A stretch of DNA of 64,000 nt. Origin: Escherichia phage ECO340P2. The notes under the pieces are model-generated. The model was not told where the DNA came from and ran no database searches. It worked only from the letters and a program-made list of their open reading frames with translations. The stretch is from the sequence record OP172792. One strand, written 5' to 3'. Below, piece by piece: positions 25,980 to 35,516 of the stretch. Position 1 is the first letter of the stretch. The number at the start of each line of letters is the position of its first letter. The translations under genes and the position numbers were made by a program.

Positions 25980-28004
25980 TTATCGTGTTACAACAACCAT
26001 GTCCACGACATTACCCACACCAGGATACGTTAATTGCAAAATTGTTACTGCGTTAGCAGTAGTTGCTATTTCTGTATCATTCAGTGCTCCATAAGACGCA
26101 TCTAGTGTAACCGTGTGTCCCGTTGTATCTTGAATCAAATAAATCATTGCTGAAAACGCTTTAGGCTTTGTAGAGCCAGTGACACCAGGCCATGCTCCAA
26201 CTGTCAGAGCGTCAGTTACTGTAACAACATACATATTGGAAGTTCCAGAAGGAGTCCAAGATGCTCCAGAGTTGGCAGTAGTTGTTTCAAGTTCCATGAA
26301 ACCTGCTGTAACTTTAGTTGGTGTTATAGCTTCTGTAGGATCTGATCCTGATATTTCGATCCAGTTTCCATCAGAACGACCATACGTCAAGCCATCTTGA
26401 GGGGCTTCTGGTATACTAGGAAGAGTGCCTATAAGTATCCACGTAGAAGAATCTGTTTTCTTAAACACTGCTCCAGTGTTAGTATTGAAGGCGTAATCAT
26501 TGATAACACCGTCTCCTGCGACTGGATTAGTTGTTGCTACAAACCACTGTGCGCCGTCCTTACCGTTGGTCCCATCAGTACCATTGGTTCCGTTTGTTCC
26601 AGGATCACCCTTATCTCCTTTATCCCCTTTTTCACCTTTGTCACCTTTAATACTTCCCATGTCAACAAAAGATGCGGAATTAGTGTCTTGATCGTAGGTA
26701 TAGATGTAAAGATTACTAGTGTCTTCAGTTAAATAGGCATCACCATAGTTATTATAAACAGGGAGAGCTTCACTGTTCGGAACATGACCTTTAGCTGTAA
26801 TTGATGTTCCTCCAAGACTGCCAACATTCATCCATTCCGTAGCATCTTGAATCCAAACATACAAATCATTATTAATTTTATATGCATCACCTACTTCTCC
26901 AGTAGGAGGAAGTTCAGCTTCACTGTTCAGAACCCCGATAATCTCTAAGCCTGATCCTGTTGCACCCACTGGTCCTTGTGGACCTAGTTCACCTTGTGGA
27001 CCTCGCTCTCCTTGATCACCCTTGTCTCCTTTTGGACCTTTAAGTGAGGCAATAAAATCTACTTCTGTCCCTTCATTACCAGCATCCAGCCAACTTTGAT
27101 ATGCAGATTTCCCTTCATCTCCATCTGTTCCATCAAGACCGTCTTTACCTGCCTCACCTTGTGGACCTTGAGGACCAACAATATTACCCATGTTGACCCA
27201 AGCTGTCCCATTAGAGACATAAAGATTACCATTGATAGAATAAGCTTGGCTTACGTTTTCAGAGTTAGGTTGTGGTAAGTTACTTGTAGAAGGCAAATCC
27301 CCACGATAATCAAAACCGTTGGCGTTAACACCAGGTGCTCCCTGTGGCCCTGTAGGACCAACATCACCTTTATCACCTTTTATAGAGGTAAGAAAATCAT
27401 AAACAGATCCTGTATTACCATCTGCCAACCATACCTCGTAAGCTGATTTACCTTCTGGCCCAAGAGAAGAAATAAGTTTCCAAACAGAACCATCCCAAGC
27501 GTAGATTACATCACCTACGATATAACCATCCCCTGCAACGTTACCTGTGGATGGTAGTTCACTAGTGCTTGCTAATGATCCTTTAATATTAAGTTGAGCA
27601 CCAGTATCCCCTTTCAAAGAAGCAAGCCATTGTGCTTCTGTTCCAACAAAACCATTATCAAGTGCGATCTGATAAGCCGATTTACCAGCTTCAGGTATTG
27701 TTTCCGACAGATCATCAATTTGTTGCTGCATTGCCGTAAACTTGGCATTGATAATTGCTATATCATCAGCGGTCCCAACACTTTGCCATGCAAGGGAAGA
27801 AATACCACCTGTGGTGGCTGGCGTAGAGTTTGCTGGAACTACTTTAGGAAAAGTTCCTTTCCATTGGTAATAATTCCCTTCTGCTGCTAACAGCAAAACT
27901 TCACGGGAATTACGTAATGTAAAACCTGCCTCAAAGCTGCGACGTTTTCGATAAGTAGCTTCTACCAGATCGGCTATCGCACTATTAGGTCTTGTTAAAT
28001 TCAT
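25980..28004 (-). CDS. Tail fibre with interrupted collagen-like (G-X-Y) segments and phage tail-fibre repeats
   Basis: Four G-X-Y runs (e.g. GDKGEKGDKGDKGDPGTNGTNGTDGTNGKDG) alternate with three GKSAY...L..G..GT...(W/F)L.S(L/I)KG modules. Confidence 0.65.
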   Translation of the reverse strand: MNLTRPNSAIADLVEATYRKRRSFEAGFTLRNSREVLLLAAEGNYYQWKGTFPKVVPANSTPATTGGISSLAWQSVGTADDIAIINAKFTAMQQQIDDLSETIPEAGKSAYQIALDNGFVGTEAQWLASLKGDTGAQLNIKGSLASTSELPSTGNVAGDGYIVGDVIYAWDGSVWKLISSLGPEGKSAYEVWLADGNTGSVYDFLTSIKGDKGDVGPTGPQGAPGVNANGFDYRGDLPSTSNLPQPNSENVSQAYSINGNLYVSNGTAWVNMGNIVGPQGPQGEAGKDGLDGTDGDEGKSAYQSWLDAGNEGTEVDFIASLKGPKGDKGDQGERGPQGELGPQGPVGATGSGLEIIGVLNSEAELPPTGEVGDAYKINNDLYVWIQDATEWMNVGSLGGTSITAKGHVPNSEALPVYNNYGDAYLTEDTSNLYIYTYDQDTNSASFVDMGSIKGDKGEKGDKGDKGDPGTNGTNGTDGTNGKDGAQWFVATTNPVAGDGVINDYAFNTNTGAVFKKTDSSTWILIGTLPSIPEAPQDGLTYGRSDGNWIEISGSDPTEAITPTKVTAGFMELETTTANSGASWTPSGTSNMYVVTVTDALTVGAWPGVTGSTKPKAFSAMIYLIQDTTGHTVTLDASYGALNDTEIATTANAVTILQLTYPGVGNVVDMVVVTR

Positions 28005-28030
28005 TTATCTCTCCTATCATTAGACCATTC

Positions 28031-28060
28031 TATTGGAAGAAGAGGGGGGATTCCCCCTCT
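28031..28060 (-). terminator. Hairpin after tailspike gene (probable terminator)
   Basis: AGAGGGGG-GATT-CCCCCTCT with a T/C-rich tail on the minus strand. Confidence 0.5.
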
Positions 28061-28066
28061 ATTCCA

Positions 28067-31000
28067 TTAGGTTGTTGGCACATCTACTACTGGCGTTGGG
28101 CGAATAACCGCAGTATTACCTACAGAAACATTACTGGAATCATTAGGTATGGTTTTAATTCTAACTCCAGCACTTGTAGGCGTTACAATGGGATCTGCAA
28201 TGTCTATTTTAACTGGGTTAGTCCACGTATCATTATCTTGATAAGGTGCACGAGTAATAACTGTGTCCAAATCTGCTCCACCTACGCCAGCACCAGGAAT
28301 ACGGATACGTGTCCCTGCTGACAGAGGGTAATGATACAACCAAGAAGCATTTGTTGCTGTCCCGTTAGGAGTCAAGTTCTGTGTCAGGAAGGTATCTCCT
28401 GCTTGTGTAGCTCGAATACCGAAAGCTGGGATATCTGGAATATATGCCCCACTTGTTGTTACAAGGAAGAACGTATTATCCGCCTTGACTATCATATCAC
28501 CTTTGTCAAACTCTTTCCCTGTTGGGAAATGCATTCCATCAATGTTTCGACTAGGATTAGGCTCTAAGTAATAAACTTTGCCCGTTGTCCCTACAATAGC
28601 TCCAATACCACCTGCGATATTGGTATACATATTAGCTTCAACATTACAGTTGACACGATGAATATCCGAGTAACGGCAACGGCTCCACTGTGGACGACCA
28701 GTAACCATCGTCTTGCCATCTGGGTAACAGTTTACGTTAACCATTTCAAGAACAGATTTTTCTCTACGGAAGAATCCATCATAAAATGTCCCTGGACCAG
28801 ATTCAGGTTGACCAACACAATCGAAGATATTACAGGTGATGTTAGACATTGAAAGCCAAGAAGCTATACCGAACAACTGCAATGCAGCGCAACGAATATT
28901 TTCAAAGCTAACTCTGTTTTCATAACCTGGCCCAGCGGAAACTCCCGCAAAAACACGCCCAGTTTTGGTGTGAATGTTACGAACAGAATAGTTAAAGCAT
29001 GGGTTTGAAGGTCTACCCTGTGCCGGAACTACCGGATTACCCTCTTCGTCCAGAACTGCGTTAGTTCCCCACTCCAAATAAATCATACGGATATTACTTG
29101 CAAGTGTGCTACCGTCTGTTTTAGGCTCTCCATAAACACCGTCAATCGTAAAATCTTTACTTCCATACATTACAACTGCGCCAGTTGCCAAACCTGTCCC
29201 AACAGATACAGTCTGGTCTGGATCGCCATGAATGTTTTCGATAGAGATATTACGACCAACTTCTACGTGGACAATCTGACGACAACGTTTTGCAAAAACG
29301 TTACGAATTGTAATATTCTTGCAATATTGATCATCAGGGATTCCGTAACCATATGGTCCTTTACCAGCTACACCGATACCGATACCCCAGTTGGACAGAG
29401 GAATAGGAGCGTTAGTCCCATCGATATTAGACAGGTAAATATTCTCAATCACACAACCATCGTCATAATGTTTATTGATGACGTTCAGTTCTATTGCATC
29501 ACCTTGCATGTCCATGAAGGTAAGGTTACGGAAGACACCACGTGTTACTGGTTCCCCTGTTCCTTGTTGAAGGATGCCGTACAACCCGTTTTTAAAAGTA
29601 CAGTTATCAATTTCAAAAGTACCTGATATTGGGTTGCCTTGGAATACCAAGCTACCAACTTGACCTGGGCGAGGAGCACCGTCCCACAAACAATCGAACA
29701 TGCGCACAGCACCACCCCAATACATAACACGAGAGTTACGGAAAGTTGTGCCTTCTACTGTAGCATTCTGCACACGATAGTCGCGTTGACCACGGAACAC
29801 ACCACCACGCAAAGTGATATCTTGAATATCAAAAGAGCTTGTCGTGAAAGTCATATCGCAACCGTAAGCATCGAGAATCTTACTTTTCGAAGCTTTTGCT
29901 GCTAACAGTGCCGCCTGGAAAGCTGCTTCTGGTGTGGTATAGGTAGTTGTATTGTTAGCAAATTCGGACAAGTAAACAACATCGAATAAATCGTTGTATG
30001 TTCCACCACGAGGGGTTAACAGTCCTTCTGTATTAGTTAAAACCCATGCATTTGGACCTAATCCACCGCTTGTCTCCAATGTATCGGAGGCCAAAATACT
30101 TTTTGGTAAACTTCCAGCCCAACGATAACGACCAGCACCACGTCCAATCGTCTGATTTTTAGCTGTCAGAGTTACGTTGTTACCAAAGCTTGTAGGCAAA
30201 TGAACAAACTGTCCACGTTCAACAGCTAGTGCAGAAAGATCTACAGACCCCCCAGAATAAGTCATTACTCCAGAAACAGACAAGGATGTTAAAGTTCCTG
30301 TGATGTTAGGAGGTAATGTGTAGGAAGACTGTGCTACTGGATCATACAGAGCTTTAATCCCTGTTAACGATTGACCTGCTGTTGCGTAAGCCACCTCATC
30401 ATCTAACAAACCATATTTACGAGCAATAGTTTGCAGAGGGACTTTATCCATGCTTTCTGTTAGTTCTTCCGTTTTTGTTTCTAAACTAACAAGACGGTTC
30501 TCTAGATTAGGATCTGTATCTGCTGAAGCTACGATTTTACCAATATAAGCAAAAAGCTTGTTTGGCAGTCCTGTTGCAGGATCGTGTCCCAAAGGTTCAG
30601 ATAAGATGATCTTACTATCTTCTATACGGAAAGCTTCCCCCAGAACCTGAATAACACCATTGATCGTAACAATAGCACTATCAAAGATGTAAGGAGGACT
30701 AATTACTGTTTCATAACCAGTTGCACCAGAATATACCCAAGGGGTGACTTCTGTTGCCAATTGTTCTGTCTTCAGTCCCCACAATACCCAGTTGTTATCT
30801 CCTACTGGAGTCCCTTGCATAGGGATAGGGTTAACCAATGTAGCGTTAGGAGCATAGTAATAACCGCTCAATACTCCATTCTGGAAATAACGAAGTTGGT
30901 TAAAAACCGTTTCATTTGTGCCTTGCGCCCAATCCAATGGGCTTTTAAAGAAAAAGTTATCAACAAGGGCTTTTCTCAGGGTTGGTATCAATCCTGATTC

Positions 31001-31120
31001 TGTCTCAATACTTTCTGTCGCACTTCCATTAATAACATCATGAAGTTGATTGGACGAGAAAATAACCAGATCTACGCCCTGTTCAAGAGACGTTGCTGGA
31101 TACGTTGGGAATGTTGCCAT
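28067..31120 (-). CDS. Tailspike with right-handed parallel beta-helix (pectate-lyase-like) domain; putative depolymerase
   Basis: 1017 aa; central region has beta-helix-type N/G/I-rich rungs (NITIRNVFAKRCRQIVHVEVGRNISIENIHGD); depolymerase activity is inferred. Confidence 0.5.
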   Translation of the reverse strand: MATFPTYPATSLEQGVDLVIFSSNQLHDVINGSATESIETESGLIPTLRKALVDNFFFKSPLDWAQGTNETVFNQLRYFQNGVLSGYYYAPNATLVNPIPMQGTPVGDNNWVLWGLKTEQLATEVTPWVYSGATGYETVISPPYIFDSAIVTINGVIQVLGEAFRIEDSKIILSEPLGHDPATGLPNKLFAYIGKIVASADTDPNLENRLVSLETKTEELTESMDKVPLQTIARKYGLLDDEVAYATAGQSLTGIKALYDPVAQSSYTLPPNITGTLTSLSVSGVMTYSGGSVDLSALAVERGQFVHLPTSFGNNVTLTAKNQTIGRGAGRYRWAGSLPKSILASDTLETSGGLGPNAWVLTNTEGLLTPRGGTYNDLFDVVYLSEFANNTTTYTTPEAAFQAALLAAKASKSKILDAYGCDMTFTTSSFDIQDITLRGGVFRGQRDYRVQNATVEGTTFRNSRVMYWGGAVRMFDCLWDGAPRPGQVGSLVFQGNPISGTFEIDNCTFKNGLYGILQQGTGEPVTRGVFRNLTFMDMQGDAIELNVINKHYDDGCVIENIYLSNIDGTNAPIPLSNWGIGIGVAGKGPYGYGIPDDQYCKNITIRNVFAKRCRQIVHVEVGRNISIENIHGDPDQTVSVGTGLATGAVVMYGSKDFTIDGVYGEPKTDGSTLASNIRMIYLEWGTNAVLDEEGNPVVPAQGRPSNPCFNYSVRNIHTKTGRVFAGVSAGPGYENRVSFENIRCAALQLFGIASWLSMSNITCNIFDCVGQPESGPGTFYDGFFRREKSVLEMVNVNCYPDGKTMVTGRPQWSRCRYSDIHRVNCNVEANMYTNIAGGIGAIVGTTGKVYYLEPNPSRNIDGMHFPTGKEFDKGDMIVKADNTFFLVTTSGAYIPDIPAFGIRATQAGDTFLTQNLTPNGTATNASWLYHYPLSAGTRIRIPGAGVGGADLDTVITRAPYQDNDTWTNPVKIDIADPIVTPTSAGVRIKTIPNDSSNVSVGNTAVIRPTPVVDVPTT

Positions 31121-31123
31121 TAA

Positions 31124-31459
31124 TTACCCCTTATTCTGTGTACGTTTAACTATGTCATCTAGCATCATTTGGATAGTCGCATTCTTGAGGTCCATAATCT
31201 TTTCAATTTTTTGCTCAAGAGTGTTATTATTTGCCATTAATGTAGAGTTAATTTGATTTAGCATCTGGGTAAGTTCGGCTTTAGTTGCATAAGTTGATTC
31301 AACAAAGACCAACTTCTTCTCTAGCTCTCGACTTTTCTCCTCCATTTCCTCAAGATCAGAGCCGAATTTATCCATTTTTTGTTTGAAAAAGAACCAGATG
31401 ACTCCGATTAAAGGGATTATTGCATCCTTTGCAAGTCCCCATGCTTCTTGAAATTCCAT
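31124..31459 (-). CDS. Membrane-anchored coiled-coil protein (function unknown)
   Basis: N-terminal hydrophobic helix IIPLIGVIWFFF followed by a charged helical region. Confidence 0.4.
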   Translation of the reverse strand: MEFQEAWGLAKDAIIPLIGVIWFFFKQKMDKFGSDLEEMEEKSRELEKKLVFVESTYATKAELTQMLNQINSTLMANNNTLEQKIEKIMDLKNATIQMMLDDIVKRTQNKG

Positions 31460-31468
31460 AATGATCCC

Positions 31469-32014
31469 TTATTCCGTTGGTAATGTAGGCCAATCTATAG
31501 TGTAAGGATAGTCTTTTTGAAGCGGAACACGGTTTAGTTTAACCACATAAACTTGAAGATTTTTAAGATAAGCTAATTCATCTTCAGTAGCCATTTCTAA
31601 ATCTTTAGCATACTGTAAAGGTGTTATAAGTGCTACCGCTGTTTCTTGTAAAGAGCGAATTTTTGCACTAGCTTGTGTCATCAACTCTTCACGGGAATAC
31701 TCTTTATCCTTAAGAGTCAAAGTTTCTAAATCCAGAACCTTGTTTCTAATATCCTCAAAAGTGTCTATATTAAAGTCCACTTGTGCTATAGAAAGATCTT
31801 CAGGGCAAAGTAATGTAGGATCAGTGTTCCAAAACACAATACGATTTTGATCGTCAAAAACGACTTTCATTTTATCGTTATTGAATTCTGTGCTACGTAA
31901 ATCATACCAATCGTAACCTTGATCGCAACGAAGAAAAAGAATGTTCTCTACTTCTACCAATTCTTTTAGTTCGGGATCTTCGGGAATATATCTTTTAAAA
32001 TTTGTAAATATCAT
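31469..32014 (-). CDS. Tail fibre assembly protein (Tfa-like)
   Basis: C-terminal ALITPLQYAKDLEMATEDELAYLKNLQVYVVKLNRV matches the conserved tail-fibre-assembly core; directly downstream of a fibre gene. Confidence 0.6.
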   Translation of the reverse strand: MIFTNFKRYIPEDPELKELVEVENILFLRCDQGYDWYDLRSTEFNNDKMKVVFDDQNRIVFWNTDPTLLCPEDLSIAQVDFNIDTFEDIRNKVLDLETLTLKDKEYSREELMTQASAKIRSLQETAVALITPLQYAKDLEMATEDELAYLKNLQVYVVKLNRVPLQKDYPYTIDWPTLPTE

Positions 32015-33076
32015 TTAGCCTCCGATATCGTACCAGTTTCCGTTAACGTTGCGCTGGAGGCGTTTGAAATAAACCCCACCGATGTTATCCGCAGAACTAC
32101 GTCCTGTTTCCTGGACAATAATACCAGAAAGAACATAACCAGAAGAACAGATATAAGTCCAAGAAACTTCGTTCCCTGGTGGATAATACACGCCTTGGCT
32201 AGTGTAACGAATATCTCTTACAAAGGTTCCGTTAGCATAGTTGTAGTTGTTTGTAATCTGACTTTGATGATTACTTTCTACATTGTTTATACGGGAAGAG
32301 AGGTTGCTGTTAACACTATTCAGGTTGTTTTGAACAGTGTTAATATTCGTCTGCAATGTGTTCTGAAGAGAAGTCAAACGAGAATTCAGATAATCTAAGC
32401 GAACTAAAGCATTTCCGTTAGAAGTATCTTGTCCACTGTTTGATCTTGGACTGTCTATTAGAACATAACCTGCATCATATAAACGAACACCTGCTGATAC
32501 ACTACCTGTGCTAGGATTTCTACGATAAATATAAAGCTGACCTCCACTTTGGTATTCGGCAGAAATCTCACCATTAGTTTGTCCTGCAAAGTTTTTGAAA
32601 AACAGTGTCGCAGGATCTGTTGTGGAAGTACCGTTAACATAAACATCACCACCATAAATAGCACCACCCGCATCACGTTTTACCAACACGTTTGGTGTTA
32701 CTGTTGAACTAGTAGCATCTGTAATGTTTGCCGACAAGTGATTATGACTGTTATCTTGAACTTGGATAGATAAAGTAACTTCTTTATTACCATTCCAAGT
32801 AGCCTCACCAGTAGCATCACCTGCCATTGTAATCTTAGTTCCAACTAAAGGCAAGTAAGTATCAGGTAAAGTTGGAAGAAAGTCATCCACCAAATAGCGA
32901 ATCCATAAACCGATATTATTAAGAATCCAGTTCATTTCTTCGCAAGTCATGATTTGACCATAATCCATACCAACTGTGCGGATGGTTTCTTTAGGTCTAA
33001 TTTTGTTTGTGTTTAAAGTTCCTGGGAGCGTTACAGTTTGTGTAGCCCAGTCAGGATAATATATTGGCTTCGCCAT
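32015..33076 (-). CDS. Tail fibre protein
   Basis: Position between baseplate-like genes and Tfa; N/S/T-rich repetitive sequence. Confidence 0.5.
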   Translation of the reverse strand: MAKPIYYPDWATQTVTLPGTLNTNKIRPKETIRTVGMDYGQIMTCEEMNWILNNIGLWIRYLVDDFLPTLPDTYLPLVGTKITMAGDATGEATWNGNKEVTLSIQVQDNSHNHLSANITDATSSTVTPNVLVKRDAGGAIYGGDVYVNGTSTTDPATLFFKNFAGQTNGEISAEYQSGGQLYIYRRNPSTGSVSAGVRLYDAGYVLIDSPRSNSGQDTSNGNALVRLDYLNSRLTSLQNTLQTNINTVQNNLNSVNSNLSSRINNVESNHQSQITNNYNYANGTFVRDIRYTSQGVYYPPGNEVSWTYICSSGYVLSGIIVQETGRSSADNIGGVYFKRLQRNVNGNWYDIGG

Positions 33077-33085
33077 TTAAACTCC

Positions 33086-33715
33086 TTAATCTATTTGCTT
33101 GAGAAGCGTACACATGCGTCCTGTTTCATCCCCAGTAGATTCCATGTACAGGGAACCTAAACCACCAATACCATGAGGCGGTTTGGTAGCATAATAAGAA
33201 CTAAAACCAAAAGCTGATCCTGCTTTTGCTCCAAGACGGTAGCTACTAATAATAGGGAAAACACTTAGCAACTGCTCTAAAGCTTGATCAGATTGAAGAC
33301 ACAGGTTGTAGAAAAACACATCAAAGGTTTTATTCAAACCTACGTAAGTATTAAGCGTTTCACGCTCTGTTCCTGTGAAACGGGCGAAGATATCAATTAT
33401 GTCACCACGAGTCCCCGATGAGGCTACGCGGTAAGCCCTGATTTTTAATATTGTTCTATACTCTTCATCATCAGAGCCATTACGTTCGATCCCCATTTCT
33501 TCTCCTAAGATATCTAGGTATTTGCCTGTGGCTGTGGAGATCAAGCGGTGTTTAGCAAGATAGATCATTGCCTGATCTATCTTTTGCTTTTCACTGGATA
33601 CGATGTAGAGGAGCTTGACAATGTTAGGAGAAGATTTAAAATCTTCAATCAGAAGGTTTTTAACGTCTTCATTGATACTGGCCCAAGTTGTTACATGGTC
33701 AACACTCACTGCCAT
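33086..33715 (-). CDS. Baseplate protein (P2 gpI / Mu gp48-like, tentative)
   Basis: Assigned by size and position between a J-like gene and the fibre gene; no motif verified. Confidence 0.35.
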   Translation of the reverse strand: MAVSVDHVTTWASINEDVKNLLIEDFKSSPNIVKLLYIVSSEKQKIDQAMIYLAKHRLISTATGKYLDILGEEMGIERNGSDDEEYRTILKIRAYRVASSGTRGDIIDIFARFTGTERETLNTYVGLNKTFDVFFYNLCLQSDQALEQLLSVFPIISSYRLGAKAGSAFGFSSYYATKPPHGIGGLGSLYMESTGDETGRMCTLLKQID

Positions 33716-33717
33716 TT

Positions 33718-35205
33718 TTACACTCCATACTCGTAAGAAATGTTATCAAGGTCAAAAGAAGGGACAACATTATAAGCAGGAACTATATTATTCTCTGTAT
33801 ATTTACTGTCATCCTCAGTATTAAGTTTAACATAAACACGAAGAGAAGTCAAGCGTCCAAAAGCAAGTGCTGCATAAATAACACCTTTGATTTGATCGTT
33901 CGTTACTGAAGAACCTAATTCAAAGTAAGCTTGCAGGTTTTGTAAAGCTTCTACAATGTTTTGTTTTTCTGTTCCACTTAAAGTTGTTCCGTTGACAGTT
34001 TGATAAACAAGTTTTACGGAATACGTAGCAGAAGCACCAGGAGAAAAACGAATAATTTCTTGTCCTCCGTCTTCCGTTGTAACAGTTATGTTGGTTGTTC
34101 CATGTGTCAAACTGTTGATTGGTTTAGTTTTGTAAATAACTTCAGCAACTTCTTCAGCACTTCCTCCATAAACTATAGTCTGGAAAGTCATAGCCGGAGC
34201 ATGTTCTTGATCATGTAATGTAGGGTTATCATAAATCTTCACCTTAGTAACACCATCTGTAAGTAGCAGAGCTTTCACAATAGCTGCTCGTGTCCCTGCG
34301 TTAGCTTCATCAACGTTGTCATTGAAACGAGAGCGGAATTCTGCGTCTGTCTCAACATCCCGACCAGGAGAAAATGAATAAAAGTTACCACTGTCAAGAT
34401 AACCTGTAAAGGTAGAAGATATCCCTGTAATAGACTCCACGCCAACAGGGTTGTATCCTTTCTCTGCTGCAACTACCGGAATCTCACTCCACTTGGTTCC
34501 AACCGGAACACTAGCATAAAATTTAATAGGAGTTACCAGTCCCACTGGAGTATCACTAGTTAAAGAAGTAAAACCAATTGATAAGTTACCTGAATCAGAA
34601 AATACAAGACTACGATCAGCTTCTGTTAAATTTGCCTTGATAAAAGTTTCAAGATCGGTTATAAATGTAGAAGAACCAGGTGCAAGTGTTTTACTGTTTA
34701 GTCCTCCATCTACCGCACTTTGTGCATAAAAAGTAATATTTGGAACACCTGTAGCAGTTGCATTAGCACGAGAGATTTGATAAGCTGCAATCTTAGCATT
34801 CAACATAGTTGGTGTGCTAACATAGTAGTTCATATCACTATCAGAGTTGAAGTAAATATCCGTGCCTAGCTCATAAGTCCAAGCTGCTTTGTTATTGCTC
34901 TTAACATATGCATAACCTGTACTTGCTGCTGCCCCTGCTCGATAGAAACCGCGTTTAGAAAAGATTTCGTCAAGATAAATACCTTCTGCACCATCCAGTG
35001 TTTGAGTATTATAAACACCTTGCATACCTTCCCACAATGTGTAATCTGTGTATGCAATTATTCTAAACAGTTGCCCGATCACAGTATCTTCCGAAGTGGC
35101 TGCATCTGCACCAAATGTGTTTTTTACTGCTGTCATGTAGTTGTTTAAAACATCGTCAAAAGTCGGGATTACAAATCCCGCATCTGTCAAACCATATTCG
35201 TCCAT
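33718..35205 (-). CDS. Baseplate J-like protein (tentative)
   Basis: Assigned by size (495 aa) and position upstream of the I-like and fibre genes. Confidence 0.4.
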   Translation of the reverse strand: MDEYGLTDAGFVIPTFDDVLNNYMTAVKNTFGADAATSEDTVIGQLFRIIAYTDYTLWEGMQGVYNTQTLDGAEGIYLDEIFSKRGFYRAGAAASTGYAYVKSNNKAAWTYELGTDIYFNSDSDMNYYVSTPTMLNAKIAAYQISRANATATGVPNITFYAQSAVDGGLNSKTLAPGSSTFITDLETFIKANLTEADRSLVFSDSGNLSIGFTSLTSDTPVGLVTPIKFYASVPVGTKWSEIPVVAAEKGYNPVGVESITGISSTFTGYLDSGNFYSFSPGRDVETDAEFRSRFNDNVDEANAGTRAAIVKALLLTDGVTKVKIYDNPTLHDQEHAPAMTFQTIVYGGSAEEVAEVIYKTKPINSLTHGTTNITVTTEDGGQEIIRFSPGASATYSVKLVYQTVNGTTLSGTEKQNIVEALQNLQAYFELGSSVTNDQIKGVIYAALAFGRLTSLRVYVKLNTEDDSKYTENNIVPAYNVVPSFDLDNISYEYGV

Positions 35206-35468
35206 TAGTCATCCTCTTTAGTAGATTGTGATCTGCCCCAACGTAAATCAATAAGATTTTTCATGAGGCGAGAAGGGGTTATCATGAAAACAAAAGCCCA
35301 ACCCATCCATTCAGGAATTTCTTTTTCTATTCCTAAAAAGATAAACATGCCTGTCATAACAGACATGCCTACAGCGTTCCAGACTTTCGTAGAGCTTACC
35401 CCGTTGCCGGGGTAAGTGCAGAACATTCCGCGAATAAATTTTTTAAAACCGTTTTTCTCTTTAGCCAT
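35205..35468 (-). CDS. Small membrane protein
   Basis: ORF track; two hydrophobic segments. Confidence 0.4.
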   Translation of the reverse strand: MAKEKNGFKKFIRGMFCTYPGNGVSSTKVWNAVGMSVMTGMFIFLGIEKEIPEWMGWAFVFMITPSRLMKNLIDLRWGRSQSTKEDD

Positions 35469-35516
35469 GAGTACCTCTAAGTGAGATATAAAGATTGAAA
35501 TACCACCTAAGCTGTA

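Noticed and set aside
26500-27400. Periodic repeats in the collagen-like fibre gene as a possible CRISPR array or tandem DNA repeat
   Set aside because: The periodicity is the 9-bp G-X-Y codon repeat of a continuous 674-aa ORF; there are no identical direct repeats separated by unique spacers.
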